DNA of 64,000 nt from Candidatus Eiseniibacteriota bacterium (GCA_963717505.1 OY970342.1:1792001-1856000); one strand, 5' to 3'. Shown: positions 52,712 to 63,449, numbered from the stretch's first letter. A program made the numbers and translations. The notes: generated by a model from the letters alone, not told the origin.

Positions 52712-53686
52712 TCATGCGAAGAGTTCAGCCAACCGAGCTGCCTGGATGCCATCGAGCCCGAGTTCGAGCGCTTCCCGCACGGGTTCCAGATGTTCAGGCC
52801 GCCCCGGCCCAATCACGATCGCCGTGATCTCGTTCTGCGCGAGGAGCCACGCGAGCGCAAGGCCGGCCATGGAGACCCTCTGTTCCCCCGCCTCCTTCTC
52901 CAGCCGTTCGAGTGCGGCGAACACCCGGTCATCGGCGAAGGCCACGTATCCCTCGGGGCGCTGCCTCATGCGCGATCCGTCCGGATACGCCTGCCCGCGG
53001 CGGTATTTTCCCGTGAGCCACCCGCCTGCGAGCGGGCCGAAGCACTCGTAGCCTACGCCGTGCCGGCGGCAGACCGGGAAGACGGTCTCGGCGTCGTTCT
53101 TCTCGAGCAGCGAATGTGAGTTCTGGACGAGCTCGTAGCGGACGAGGCCCTCGCGCTCCGAAATTGCGAGCGCCTCGGCCAGCTGGTCGCCGGTGAAGTT
53201 GGAGGCGCCGACGGCGCCGACCTTGCCCGCGCGCACCAGCGCGTCGAAGGCAGACAACGTCTCCTCCGGCCGCACGTCGGCGTCGAATGCGTGTGCAAGA
53301 TAGACAGCGACGCGCTCGATTCCGAGGCGGCGCAGGCTCGTCTCGATCTGCCGCAGAATCCGCGCATGCGAGAGGCCATGATCCTCGCCCGCGTCCATCG
53401 GGTTGTAGGTCTTGGTCTGGATCACGAGCGCGTCGTGTACGTCGCTGCCCTTGGTTGCCAGCCACCCGCCGATCCAGCTCTCGCTGCGACCGCCGCCGTA
53501 CGCGTCGGCGGTATCGAAGGCGCGGATTCCCAGATCCCACGCCGTGTCCATGATCCTGAAGGCCACGTCGTGTGCGATTCCACGGCCGAAAAAGGCCGGC
53601 GCCGAGCCGACGCCCCCGAAGTTGCCGCAGCCGAGGACGAAACGCGTGACCGCGACGCCACTCCGGCCGAGCATGTGCGTCTCCAT
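52712..53686 (-). CDS. Aldo/keto reductase
   Basis: 'LGCGNFG', 'FDTADAYGGGRSE', 'SLRRLG', 'VGASN', 'PLAGGWLTGKY'. Confidence 0.9.
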   Translation of the reverse strand: METHMLGRSGVAVTRFVLGCGNFGGVGSAPAFFGRGIAHDVAFRIMDTAWDLGIRAFDTADAYGGGRSESWIGGWLATKGSDVHDALVIQTKTYNPMDAGEDHGLSHARILRQIETSLRRLGIERVAVYLAHAFDADVRPEETLSAFDALVRAGKVGAVGASNFTGDQLAEALAISEREGLVRYELVQNSHSLLEKNDAETVFPVCRRHGVGYECFGPLAGGWLTGKYRRGQAYPDGSRMRQRPEGYVAFADDRVFAALERLEKEAGEQRVSMAGLALAWLLAQNEITAIVIGPGRPEHLEPVREALELGLDGIQAARLAELFA

Positions 53687-53715
53687 GGGCGATCCTAGGC
53701 CGCTAGCTCACTCGG

Positions 53716-54123
53716 TCACCGCCGCGCGGTGGATATACCACTCCGTCGCCGGGCGAGTGCCGCTGCCACCAGTGCCCGAACAGAGGGGCGGTTGGCCTCG
53801 GCCAGGGAGCGGACTTTTACGTGACGCAGCCCCTTGCCGGTGCCTTCCAGCAGCCGCTTGGGGTCCGCCAGCAGCGCCCCTTGATAGAAGCCGAGATTGA
53901 TGTAGCCGCGCATGGGCATGATGTAGGCGTAGCCGTCGGTCATCTTCCTCGGCCCGACGCCATAGGTGGCGGCGTTGTCGCCGAGCCGCACGGTCTCGAC
54001 CGTGCTCACGTCGACGGCCCGGATCATGGCCCGCAAGCGCCGCGCGATGGCGGCGAGGCCGGGCTCGACACCCGCGAGCAGCTCGTCGAAGGTGCCTTGC
54101 GCCGCCTTTGGTAGATCGGCCAT
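53716..54123 (-). CDS. DUF1801 (YdhG-like) domain protein
   Basis: 'INLGFYQGALLADPKRLLEGTGKGLRHVK'. Confidence 0.78.
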   Translation of the reverse strand: MADLPKAAQGTFDELLAGVEPGLAAIARRLRAMIRAVDVSTVETVRLGDNAATYGVGPRKMTDGYAYIMPMRGYINLGFYQGALLADPKRLLEGTGKGLRHVKVRSLAEANRPSVRALVAAALARRRSGISTARR

Positions 54124-54174
54124 CGAGTGCCTTCACTTCGGTTGACCTGCCGCGCAGGCTGTCTCCCGAGAAGT

Positions 54175-54250
54175 TGGTGCGCCGACCAGGAATCGAACCT
54201 GGAACCCACTGATTAAGAGTCAGTTGCTCTACCAATTGAGCTATCGGCGC
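54175..54250 (-). tRNA. tRNA-Lys (anticodon CTT)
   Basis: GCGCCGATAGCTCAATTGGTAGAGCAACTGACTCTTAATCAGTGGGTTCCAGGTTCGATTCCTGGTCGGCGCACCA: 76 nt cloverleaf with encoded CCA. Confidence 0.97.
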
Positions 54251-54469
54251 AGAACCAGACGCGGCGTCTCGAGGCGCGGAACTCGTCCGCGCCGGGGCCC
54301 GGGTGAGGGCGTGCGGGCGCGAGAAACGCCGCGAAATCTACGCACCGCGCACGCCGTACGTCAAGCACGACGGGACCGCGGGTCGTAACCCCTATCCGCC
54401 ACCGAGTCCCGAGAGGTGCTGTGCTATGGTTCCGCGTCTTTCTGCACACACCCCCAGGAGATGCAGGTC

Positions 54470-54883
54470 ATGGCCGAGCGGCCAACCGGGCAACGATTCT
54501 TCCCGCTGTTCATGCGGTTCTGGTTGCCCGTGCTCCTCTACATCACCGCGATCGGCATCGTGAGCGCGCAACCCCGCCTGCGCCCACCGGTGCGCTTCTT
54601 CCACTCCGACAAGCTCTGGCACGTGCTCGAGTACGCCCTGCTCGGCTACCTGCTGGTGCGCGCGTTCCGCGCCACGCAACGGACGCCCCGCGTTCTGACC
54701 GCATCGGTGCTCACCGTCGTGTGCGGGGTGGCGATCGCCTCAGCTGATGAGAAGTTCCAGTCCACGGTCCCCGGACGGGTGTCGAGCATCTACGACGTGG
54801 CCGCCGATGGCGTCGGACTCGTGCTGTCGCAGGTTTTGTACGCTCGATTCCTCGCGTCTCCTGGACGGAGGGTCGTGCTATGA
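54470..54883 (+). CDS. VanZ family membrane protein
   Basis: 'SDKLWHVLEYALLG', 'DEKFQSTVPGR..SIYDVAAD'. Confidence 0.85.
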   Translation: MAERPTGQRFFPLFMRFWLPVLLYITAIGIVSAQPRLRPPVRFFHSDKLWHVLEYALLGYLLVRAFRATQRTPRVLTASVLTVVCGVAIASADEKFQSTVPGRVSSIYDVAADGVGLVLSQVLYARFLASPGRRVVL

Positions 54884-56217
54884 AACACCAGGCGCCGCGC
54901 GGCACCCGCGATCTGCTACCCGGCGAGATCGAGCGCTGGCAATGGGCCGAAGCCCAGGCGCAGGCGGTGCTCGAGCGCTACGGCTTTGCCGAGGTCCGCA
55001 CGCCGATCTTCGAGGACTATGAGCTGTTCGCGCGCACTTCGGGCGAATCGTCGGAGGTCGTTCAAAAAGAGATGTACCGCTTCAAGGACCTCGGTGATCG
55101 CGATCTGGCGCTGCGCCCCGAGTGCACGGCCGGTGTCTGCCGCGCTTACTTGGAGCACGGACTCGTTGGCCGCGGCCGGATCCACCGCCTCTGGTACCTG
55201 GGGACCATGTTCCGCTACGGGCGCCCGCAGAAAGGGCGATACCGGCAGTTCTGGCAAGTGGGGGCCGAGATCATCGGCACGCCGGAGCCGGGCGCCGATG
55301 TCGAGATCATCGCGTTGTTCGTGGACCTGTTCGAGGCTTGGGGATTTAGCGACCTGTCGGTGCTGGTCAACAGCGTGGGCACGCCGGAGTCGCGTCGCAC
55401 GTATGTGCACGCGTTGCGCCAATGGCTCGAACCGGTTCGCGACCAGCTCAGCAAGGAGTCGCAGGCGCGACTCGAGACCAATCCGATGCGGATTCTCGAC
55501 AGCAAGGACGAGGGCGACCTGATGTTTCTGCGCGGCGAGGGTGGCGTTGCCCCGGCGCCGCGCATGCTCGATGTGCTCGACGCCGCCGATCGCACGCACT
55601 TCGACGCCGTGCTCGCCGGTCTCACGACCCTGGGCATCCGCTACGAGATCGACCACGGCCTGGTGCGCGGACTCGACTACTACACGCGCACCGCGTTCGA
55701 GGTGCACGACCGCTCGCTCGGCGCCCAGAGCGCGCTGGGTGGCGGTGGGCGCTACGATGGCTTGATCGAGATGCTCGGCGGTCCGCCGACCCCCGGTGTG
55801 GGCTTTTCGATCGGGCTCGATCGCGTGCTGCACGTGGTCGGCGAGCGCGGCGACGCGCCCACGGCGGCGACACCGGCGGTGTTCGTGGTCGCGATGGAGA
55901 CGACCCGCGCGCCGGCACTCAAGCTCCTGCGCGAGCTGCGGCGTGAGTTCGCCGCGATCGGAGATCTCGAGGCCAAGGGCTTTGGCGCCCAGATGAAGGC
56001 GGCCGGCAAGAGTGGTGCGCGCTTCATGGTGCTGCTCGGCGAAGACGAGTGGAAGAAGAACGAGGTCGTGATCAAGGATCTGGTGAGCGGCGAGCAGGAG
56101 TCGGTCGCGGCCGATCGGCTTGTCGCACGCGTGCGCGAGCGGCTCGAGAAGCCCGCAAGAATGGATGAGGACGCCAAGGCTCTGTTTAGAGCGAATGACG
56201 AGGGGATGAAGAATTGA
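54880..56217 (+). CDS. hisS: Histidine--tRNA ligase
   Basis: 'RGTRD', 'LRPECTA', 'RPQKGRYRQF', 'LVRGLDYY', 'GGGRYDGL'. Confidence 0.96.
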   Translation: MKHQAPRGTRDLLPGEIERWQWAEAQAQAVLERYGFAEVRTPIFEDYELFARTSGESSEVVQKEMYRFKDLGDRDLALRPECTAGVCRAYLEHGLVGRGRIHRLWYLGTMFRYGRPQKGRYRQFWQVGAEIIGTPEPGADVEIIALFVDLFEAWGFSDLSVLVNSVGTPESRRTYVHALRQWLEPVRDQLSKESQARLETNPMRILDSKDEGDLMFLRGEGGVAPAPRMLDVLDAADRTHFDAVLAGLTTLGIRYEIDHGLVRGLDYYTRTAFEVHDRSLGAQSALGGGGRYDGLIEMLGGPPTPGVGFSIGLDRVLHVVGERGDAPTAATPAVFVVAMETTRAPALKLLRELRREFAAIGDLEAKGFGAQMKAAGKSGARFMVLLGEDEWKKNEVVIKDLVSGEQESVAADRLVARVRERLEKPARMDEDAKALFRANDEGMKN

Positions 56218-56233
56218 ACGCGAGACGGAGACC

Positions 56234-58075
56234 ATGACCGAGCAGACCACCCCGGCGGACATCGAACTCGAAGGCCTCGGCGACTGGCGCCGCTCGCACA
56301 CGTGTGGCGAGCTGCGGCCCGAGCACGTCGGCAAGACCGCGACGGTGATGGGCTGGGTGCATCGCTCGCGCGACCACGGCGGCGTGCTGTTCGTCGACCT
56401 GCGCGACCGCCACGGCCTGACCCAGATCGTGTTCCGCCCCGAGACAGGGGGGAAGGATCTTCTCGAGCGGGCATCAAGGCTTGGAAATGAGTGGGTGATC
56501 GCGGTGCGCGGCACGGTGACTGATCGCCCCAAGGAATCGCTCAATCCCGAGCTGCCGACCGGGGCGGTCGAAGTCGACGTGCGCGAGCTGCGCGTGTTCG
56601 CGGCCGCCGACCCGCTGCCGTTCCAGGTGAACGAGGACCTGCACCTGGCGGGCGAGGACGTGCGCCTGCGCTATCGCTATCTCGATCTGCGCCGGCCCGA
56701 GCTGGCGCGCATGCTGGCGCTGCGCCACGAAGCCGCGCAGTCGGCGCGCCGGCACTTGTCGGCGCACGGCTTTCTCGAAATCGAAACCCCGATGCTGGTC
56801 AAACCCACGCCCGAGGGCGCTCGTGACTATGTGGTGCCGAGCCGCGTGCACCCGGGGTCGTTCTACGCGCTGCCGCAGAGCCCGCAGCTCTACAAACAGA
56901 CCCTGATGATCGCGGGTTGCGACCGCTACTTTCAGCTTGCGCGCTGCCTGCGCGACGAGGACCTGCGCGCCGATCGCCAGCCCGAGCACACCCAGATCGA
57001 TCTCGAAATGAGCTTCGTCGCCGAGGACGACGTGTTCTCCGCGGTCGAGGGTCTGTTCGTGGCGCTGTGGAAAGACTGCCTGGGCGTCGACGTGAAACCG
57101 CCGTTCCTGCGCCTGACCTTCGACGAATCGATGAAGCGCTACGGCACCGACAAGCCCGACCTGCGCTTCGGCCTCGAGTTCACCGACGTCACCGCCGAGT
57201 GCGCACAATCGCCGCGCAACGTGGTCGCCAACGGCGCCAAGGCCGAGGGTGGAATCGGCGTGGCCATGACCATTCCGGGCGGCGCCGAGATCTCGGGCAC
57301 GCAACTGCGCAAGTTCGAGGACGTGGTCAAAGCCGCCGGCGCCGGCGGGCTCACGTTCTTCAAGATCCAGGACGCCGACCGCGAAAAGCAGCAGGTCATC
57401 TTCCCCGGCGCCTTGCTCGACAAGTTCCTCGAACGCTGCTGCGCCAAGACCGGCGATGCGGTCGTGTTCACCAACGGCCCGTGGGAGCTGACGTGTAAGG
57501 CGCTCGGCGTGCTGCGCACTCAGCTCGGCGAGGCCGAGTTGGCCAAGCGCGGGCTCACCGACGCACCGCCCGAAAAGCAGGACTGGCGCTTCCTCTGGGT
57601 GCGGCAGTTCCCGATGTTCGAGTGGGAGCCCGACAAGAAGCGCTGGGCGCCGCGCCACCACATGTTCACCATGCCGAACCCAGAGCACCTCCAGTATCTG
57701 GAGACCGATCCCGGCAAGGTGTACGCGCAGCTCTACGACCTGGTGTTGAACGGCGTCGAACTCGGCTCGGGCTCGATCCGCATTCACCGTACCGACATCC
57801 AGGAGCGGGTGATGAAGGTGATCGGGCTCTCTCGCGAGCAGGCTTACGAGAAGTTCGGGTTCCTGCTCGACGCCTACCGGTTCGCCTCGCCGCCGCATGG
57901 CGGCATCGGCATCGGCTTCGACCGGATCGTCATGTTGATGGGCGGGCGCGAGTCGCTGCGCGACGTGATTGCCTTCCCCAAGACCGCGAGTGCGGCGAGC
58001 CTGATGGACGGCTGCCCGAGTGCGGTCGAGGATGAGACGCTGAAGGAGCTGAACATTCGGCTCCAGGCCAAGTAA
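56234..58075 (+). CDS. aspS: Aspartate--tRNA ligase
   Basis: 'RSHTCGELR', 'RLRYRYLDLRR', 'TPEGARDY', 'LPQSPQ', 'RDEDLRADRQPE', 'PPHGG'. Confidence 0.96.
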   Translation: MTEQTTPADIELEGLGDWRRSHTCGELRPEHVGKTATVMGWVHRSRDHGGVLFVDLRDRHGLTQIVFRPETGGKDLLERASRLGNEWVIAVRGTVTDRPKESLNPELPTGAVEVDVRELRVFAAADPLPFQVNEDLHLAGEDVRLRYRYLDLRRPELARMLALRHEAAQSARRHLSAHGFLEIETPMLVKPTPEGARDYVVPSRVHPGSFYALPQSPQLYKQTLMIAGCDRYFQLARCLRDEDLRADRQPEHTQIDLEMSFVAEDDVFSAVEGLFVALWKDCLGVDVKPPFLRLTFDESMKRYGTDKPDLRFGLEFTDVTAECAQSPRNVVANGAKAEGGIGVAMTIPGGAEISGTQLRKFEDVVKAAGAGGLTFFKIQDADREKQQVIFPGALLDKFLERCCAKTGDAVVFTNGPWELTCKALGVLRTQLGEAELAKRGLTDAPPEKQDWRFLWVRQFPMFEWEPDKKRWAPRHHMFTMPNPEHLQYLETDPGKVYAQLYDLVLNGVELGSGSIRIHRTDIQERVMKVIGLSREQAYEKFGFLLDAYRFASPPHGGIGIGFDRIVMLMGGRESLRDVIAFPKTASAASLMDGCPSAVEDETLKELNIRLQAK

Positions 58076-58092
58076 CCGCTACGGAGGACCCC

Positions 58093-59313
58093 ATGTGCAG
58101 ATCCGCGTTGCTCATTGCGCTCGCGACCTTCCTTTCGGCGAGTGTCTCCGCGACCGCCGACGTCGTCACCGAATGGAACCTCAAGGCCGGCGAGCTGGCA
58201 GTGGCCGCCGCCATGCCGACGCCGCCGACCGTGCGCGTCTTCGCGATCGTTCAAACCTCGGTGTACGAGGCAGTCAACGCGATCACCAAGGTCGATCCGA
58301 TCGGCAAGCTCAAGTTGAATCCCGCGCCCGGGGCCTCGGTTGACGCCGCGGTCGCCTCGGCCAGCTGCAACGCGCTCCTGCAGCTCGTGCCGCGACAGCG
58401 CGAGGCGATCGAAAAGGCGTACACCGCCGCGTTGTCGGCGATGGCCGACGGCCCGGCCAAGACCGCGGGGATCGCGCTCGGCAAGCAGGCCGCCGATGAG
58501 ATGGTCGCGATGTGCGCGAACGACGGTGCTGCCGCCGACCCGACCTATCGCCCCTATGCGCCGCCCGGCTTCTACGTCCCGACCACCATTCCCGTGGCTC
58601 TGACGTGGGCGAATCGCAGGCCGTGGATCATGTCCAAGCCCGATCAGTTCCGGCCGGGTCCTCCCCCGGGGCTGAAGAGCGAGTTGTGGGCGCGGGACTA
58701 CAAAGAGATCAAGGCCCTGGGAGCCAAGAACAGCACGCAACGGACCGCGGAGCAGACCGAGATCGCGAAGTTCTGGGAGGCATCGGCGCCCACCCTCTAC
58801 ATGGGCGTCGTCCAGTCGGTCGCGACCGCACCCGGGCGTAACGTGACCCAGAACGCGCGATTGTTCGCGACGGTCACCCAGGCGATGGACGACGCCGCGA
58901 TCGCGGTGTTCGACGGCAAGTATCACTACAACCTGTGGCGGCCGATCACCGCGATCCGCAATGGCGACAACGATGGCAATGACGCGACCGAGCGGGATTC
59001 CATGTGGGTGCCGCTGATCGACACGCCCATGCATCCGGAGTATCCGTGCGCGCACTGCATCGTTGCGGCCACGGTCGGCACCGTGCTCCAGGCGGAAGTC
59101 GGGACCGGGCCGATGCCGGTGCTCAAGACCGCGAGTCCGACCGCTGCGGGGGCGACGCGCTCCTGGACCAATGTCGATGACCTGATCCGCGAAGTCTCTG
59201 AGGCGCGCATCTACGACGGTGTGCACTATCGGACTTCGACCGAGGTCGGCGCCGCGATGGGCCGGAAGATCGGGGCCCTGGCAGCGGCGAAATACCTGAA
59301 GCCGGTGAAGTAG
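58093..59313 (+). CDS. Secreted vanadium haloperoxidase/PAP2-family protein
   Basis: 'KYHYNLWRP', 'HPEYPCAH', 'ARIYDGVHY'. Signal peptide. Confidence 0.82.
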   Translation: MCRSALLIALATFLSASVSATADVVTEWNLKAGELAVAAAMPTPPTVRVFAIVQTSVYEAVNAITKVDPIGKLKLNPAPGASVDAAVASASCNALLQLVPRQREAIEKAYTAALSAMADGPAKTAGIALGKQAADEMVAMCANDGAAADPTYRPYAPPGFYVPTTIPVALTWANRRPWIMSKPDQFRPGPPPGLKSELWARDYKEIKALGAKNSTQRTAEQTEIAKFWEASAPTLYMGVVQSVATAPGRNVTQNARLFATVTQAMDDAAIAVFDGKYHYNLWRPITAIRNGDNDGNDATERDSMWVPLIDTPMHPEYPCAHCIVAATVGTVLQAEVGTGPMPVLKTASPTAAGATRSWTNVDDLIREVSEARIYDGVHYRTSTEVGAAMGRKIGALAAAKYLKPVK

Positions 59314-59811
59314 TCGAAGCGTTTTCGCGGCGAGTGTTTCACGGCACCAAAGCCTCGCCCCCTCCCGGGGAACGCGCCCGGTGCACGTTTGAGCATGAGA
59401 GAGCCCGCTTCACATCACCCGATTGACGTTGCTCGCGAGTAGATTTTGCTTTCAATGACGCCACGGCGGGATCTATCGTCGGACCGTCCCGCTGATTCAG
59501 CTGGTGATCCCGCTCTCGCGTGGCGTTGGCCGAACCTTCCTTACGCCCTGACGAGACCTGCCGGGGATGCCAGGTCTGAAACCGGCGGCTGTGATCCCGT
59601 CGAGGGTCCGACCGAGCCCCCCCGCCGGCCGCTCCGCGCCGCGATTCCTTGATTTCGCAGGGATGCGTCTGCTCGAGAGATTGGAGCCACTTTCGAGGTA
59701 CTCGCCGCCCTGAACGCACTCCGTGCAACAGGTCCCTCGATCCTCGCCGCACCACCCATCATGGAGCCGCTCATGATCCCCAAGAATCTACGTCCGTTGG
59801 CCGGTGTCGAA

Positions 59812-62800
59812 ATGAGAGCTCTTCGACACGGCGTACTCGCAGCCGCGGTTGCCGCGGTCCTGACTTTGGTTCTCGGTTCTGCCGCATGGGCGCAATCGAC
59901 GTACACGTGGTCCGGTGGGGAAGGCCCCGCGCCGTGGTCCGACGCCGACAACTGGAGCCCGAGCCGGATCACGATTGCCAACGACGACGTGATGGTGATC
60001 AACACCTCGGCCACGATCACCGGGATTCCCCTGGAGACGATCGGCCAACTGTTGGTTGCGGACGGCGCCACAGTTTCGCTTCAAGCCGGGATCGCCGGCA
60101 CGATCCTGACCCTCGATGGCGGCACCGGCACCGACTTCGACGTAGCCGCCGGCTCCACGCTCAATCTGAACGGGACCGCACTCCAGATCTCCTTGTCGCC
60201 GGGCGCGACCGGGACCGTCGGAGGATCGATCACCGCGACCGCTGGCGCGCAGCGGATTCTCTCGGGTGGAGCCGGAGCGCTGGTGTTCCAGAGCGGGTCC
60301 GTCATGACCTGCGGAACCGGATTCTCCGGCAACGTCTTCGGAACCACGTCGCTCAATTCCGTGGTCTTCCAGAGCGGGTCTCTGTACGTGCACGTCGCCG
60401 GTTCCAACCCGTTCGGAGCCGGGCAGCCAAACTCGGTTCTGACCTTCGAGGCGGGGAGCCGCTTCCGGCTCGACGGCAACACCTCGCCGGCAGCCACCGG
60501 CCGCACCTATGCCGATTTCGAGTACAACGCGACTGGAGCCAACGCGATCACGGGAGGCGCCCCGCTTTCGATCGACAATCTGTTCATCACGCAGGGGACG
60601 ATGAACTGCAACATGACCGGGCTGTTCAGTCTGCGCGGGAACATCACCGTTAATGGCGGGGCGGCGCTCAACTTCAGCCCCACGTCACCCGCGACCGTCA
60701 GCCTCAATGGCTCCACGAGCCAAGCCATTACGGTCAACGGGTCGTTCAACTCCACACACAACTCCACATTCAGCATCAACAACCCCAACGGTGTCGTCCT
60801 GGGATCCAATCTGACGATCGGAACCAGCACCGCCGGCGGCGGCATCTCGTTCCTGAACGGCAGGATCACCACGGGTGCAAACAGTTTGACGATCGCCAGT
60901 GGCGCCAGCATCAGCGGCGCCGGTTCGGGCACCGGCTGGGTCGCGGGCAATCTGATCCGCAATGTCCCCGTGGGCGGGACGCGCACCATGGACGTCGGCG
61001 ATGCCGCCGTCTATGCCCCGGTGGCGCTGCAGGTGAACGGGCTCGGATCGGCGTTCAATCTGGCGGCCAGCACGATGGGAGCGGAGCACTCCTCGGTCGG
61101 CACCTCGGGACTCGACGCGACCCGCAGCGTCAACCGCACCTGGACGCTGACGCCACAGTCGGCACCGACTTTTGCCGACTACAGTGCAGTGTTCGGCTTC
61201 GCGGCCGCCGACGTCGATCTGGGTGCCGATCCCGCGAACTTCGCCGTCCGCAGGTTCAACGGTGCTTCATGGTCGTTGACGACGACCGGCGTGCGAACGG
61301 CCACCAGCACCCAGGCCACCGGCATCACAGCCTTCAGCGATTTTGCAGTGGGCGAGCCGCAACACACCCTGGCCGTCACCGTGGTCGGCACGGGCGCTGT
61401 GGCGAAGGTGCCTGACCAGGCGGGCTACGACGAGGGCACGTTGGTCGACCTGACGGCGACTCCGGGCGTGGGCTACCAGTTTGCGGGTTGGAGCGGGGAC
61501 GCATCGGGTACGGCAAACCCGCTGACCGTGACGATGGACGCGAACAAGTCGATCACGGCGACGTTCACGATCATCACCTACACGCTGGACGTGACCGTCG
61601 TGGGCAACGGGACGGTGGCGAAGGTGCCGGAACAGGCGAGCTACGGCGTCGGCGAGCTGGTCGAGCTGACCGCGACGCCGGCGGTCGGTTACGAGTTCGT
61701 AGGCTGGAGCGGGGACGCATCGGGGACGACGAACCCGCTGACCGTGACCATGGACGCGAACAAGTCGATCACGGCAACCTTTGCGGCGTCCAGGGTCGTC
61801 GTCGTCAGCCAGATCTACGGTGGTGGTGGCAATTCTGGCGCTCCCTACCACAACGACTACATCGAGCTCTTCAACCGCGGCACCACCTCCGTGGACTTGA
61901 CTGGGTGGTCCGTGCAGTACACGTCAGCGGCCGGCAGCTCGTGGGCCACGACCCCGTTGTCGGGCTCGATCGCGGCCGGCGGGTACTACCTCGTCCAGCA
62001 GGCCGCTGGCACGGGTGGCGGCGCCAGCCTCCCGACGCCCGATGCGGTGGGTGCCATCGCCATGAATCTCGCCTCCGGCAAGGTGGCTCTGGTCGCCAGC
62101 GCCACGGCGCTGACCGGCACGTGTCCCAGCGGCGGGGATCTCGTGGACCTCGTCGGATACGGTGCAGCCGGCTGCTCGGAGACCGCACCGACCGGCATCC
62201 TCAGCAACACGACTGCAGCCCATCGCAACAGCGGGGGCTGTGTGGACACGGATCACAACGCCAATGACTTCACGGTTTCCGGCCCCGCGCCGCGCAACAG
62301 CTCGGCGCCGACCAACTCGTGCGTGTTCACGCTGGCGGTCACCGTGGCGCCGCCCGGGGGCGGCACGGTCGCCAAGGTTCCCGACCTGGCCAGCTATCCG
62401 GCCGAGACTCCGGTCGAGCTGACGGCCACCCGGACGTCGGGCTACCACTTCGCGGGTTGGACCGGGGATTTCAGCGGAACGGCCAACCCGGCGACCGTGA
62501 TCATGGACGGCAACAAGACGATTGTCGCCAACTTCGAGCTGAACTCCACGGTCGGCCTGGTCGTCGTCAGCCAGGTCTACGGTGGCGGCGGCAACACGGG
62601 GGCGCAGTACCAGAATGACTTCATCGAACTATTCAACCGCGGCAATCTCACCGTCGATATCACCGGATGGTCCGTGCAATACGCGTCGGACAGTGGCAGC
62701 GTGTGGTTCACCACGAACCTCATAGGCTCGATCCCACCGGGTGGCTTCTACCTGATCCGGCAAGGTGCCGGTGCGGGTTCTGGCGCCGTCCTGCCGACTG

Positions 62801-63393
62801 CGGACGCGATCGGCACCATCGGGCTGAGCGCGGTTTCGGGCAAGGTGGCGCTGGTCAACAACGACGCCGTCCTGTCTGGAAACTGTCCGAGTGGTCCGGA
62901 AGTCATCGACTTCGTTGGCTACGGCCGCGCGGACTGCTCCGAGGGGGCTCCGGCGTCGTCGCTCAGCAACACCATGGCCGCCCACCGCCGGGAGGACGGG
63001 TGCGTCGATACCGGCAACAATCTGGGTGACTTCGGGACCGCAGTTCCCACGCCACGCAACAGTGCGACCCCAACGAGCTTCTGCCCGATCTGGACGGGAA
63101 CCGAGGACGTCATCGTCTCGGGGATCGAGCTCGGGAACGTGTCACCGAACCCATCGCGGGAATCGATGCGGATTCCGTTCGTTCTGCCGCGGGAATCCGA
63201 TGTGCGTCTCAGCGTCCACGACCTGCAGGGCCGACTGGTCACGACGCTGGCGGACGGGCGATTTGCCTCCGGACGGCATGAACTGATCTGGGACGGCCGA
63301 GGCGTGAGTGGGCTCGCCCGGTCGGGCGTCTACTTCATTCGAATGGAGACGGCCGGAGAGATCTTCGTCCGCAGGGCGTCGCTGACGAGGTAG
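59812..63393 (+). CDS. Large secreted protein: beta-rich N-terminus, three InlB-B-like repeats, two lamin-tail domains, FlgD-like CTD
   Basis: 'LTATP..GY.F.GWSGD..MDANK.ITATF' occurs three times. 'VVVSQ.YGGGGN.GA.Y.ND.IELFN' occurs twice. 'PNP..WDGR..SGVYFIRM'. Start could be 59761. Confidence 0.85.
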   Translation: MRALRHGVLAAAVAAVLTLVLGSAAWAQSTYTWSGGEGPAPWSDADNWSPSRITIANDDVMVINTSATITGIPLETIGQLLVADGATVSLQAGIAGTILTLDGGTGTDFDVAAGSTLNLNGTALQISLSPGATGTVGGSITATAGAQRILSGGAGALVFQSGSVMTCGTGFSGNVFGTTSLNSVVFQSGSLYVHVAGSNPFGAGQPNSVLTFEAGSRFRLDGNTSPAATGRTYADFEYNATGANAITGGAPLSIDNLFITQGTMNCNMTGLFSLRGNITVNGGAALNFSPTSPATVSLNGSTSQAITVNGSFNSTHNSTFSINNPNGVVLGSNLTIGTSTAGGGISFLNGRITTGANSLTIASGASISGAGSGTGWVAGNLIRNVPVGGTRTMDVGDAAVYAPVALQVNGLGSAFNLAASTMGAEHSSVGTSGLDATRSVNRTWTLTPQSAPTFADYSAVFGFAAADVDLGADPANFAVRRFNGASWSLTTTGVRTATSTQATGITAFSDFAVGEPQHTLAVTVVGTGAVAKVPDQAGYDEGTLVDLTATPGVGYQFAGWSGDASGTANPLTVTMDANKSITATFTIITYTLDVTVVGNGTVAKVPEQASYGVGELVELTATPAVGYEFVGWSGDASGTTNPLTVTMDANKSITATFAASRVVVVSQIYGGGGNSGAPYHNDYIELFNRGTTSVDLTGWSVQYTSAAGSSWATTPLSGSIAAGGYYLVQQAAGTGGGASLPTPDAVGAIAMNLASGKVALVASATALTGTCPSGGDLVDLVGYGAAGCSETAPTGILSNTTAAHRNSGGCVDTDHNANDFTVSGPAPRNSSAPTNSCVFTLAVTVAPPGGGTVAKVPDLASYPAETPVELTATRTSGYHFAGWTGDFSGTANPATVIMDGNKTIVANFELNSTVGLVVVSQVYGGGGNTGAQYQNDFIELFNRGNLTVDITGWSVQYASDSGSVWFTTNLIGSIPPGGFYLIRQGAGAGSGAVLPTADAIGTIGLSAVSGKVALVNNDAVLSGNCPSGPEVIDFVGYGRADCSEGAPASSLSNTMAAHRREDGCVDTGNNLGDFGTAVPTPRNSATPTSFCPIWTGTEDVIVSGIELGNVSPNPSRESMRIPFVLPRESDVRLSVHDLQGRLVTTLADGRFASGRHELIWDGRGVSGLARSGVYFIRMETAGEIFVRRASLTR

Positions 63394-63416
63394 GCCGCTT
63401 CGAGCTGGGTGTAACG

Positions 63417-63449
63417 AAGGTGGCCACCCCTCTCGGGGGTGGCCACCTT
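63417..63449. terminator. 14-bp hairpin between convergent genes
   Basis: AAGGTGGCCACCCC-TCTCG-GGGGTGGCCACCTT. Confidence 0.6.

Noticed and set aside
49900-54250. tRNA-Lys as integration site of a genomic island
   Set aside because: No integrase, no duplicated tRNA 3' end noticed, and no mobile genes.
59314-59760. Long intergenic region as a riboswitch or ncRNA
   Set aside because: No recognisable aptamer consensus by eye. An Rfam/Infernal scan would be needed.
61360-61790. Near-identical DNA direct repeats
   Set aside because: Explained by tandem InlB-B-like domains within the CDS.
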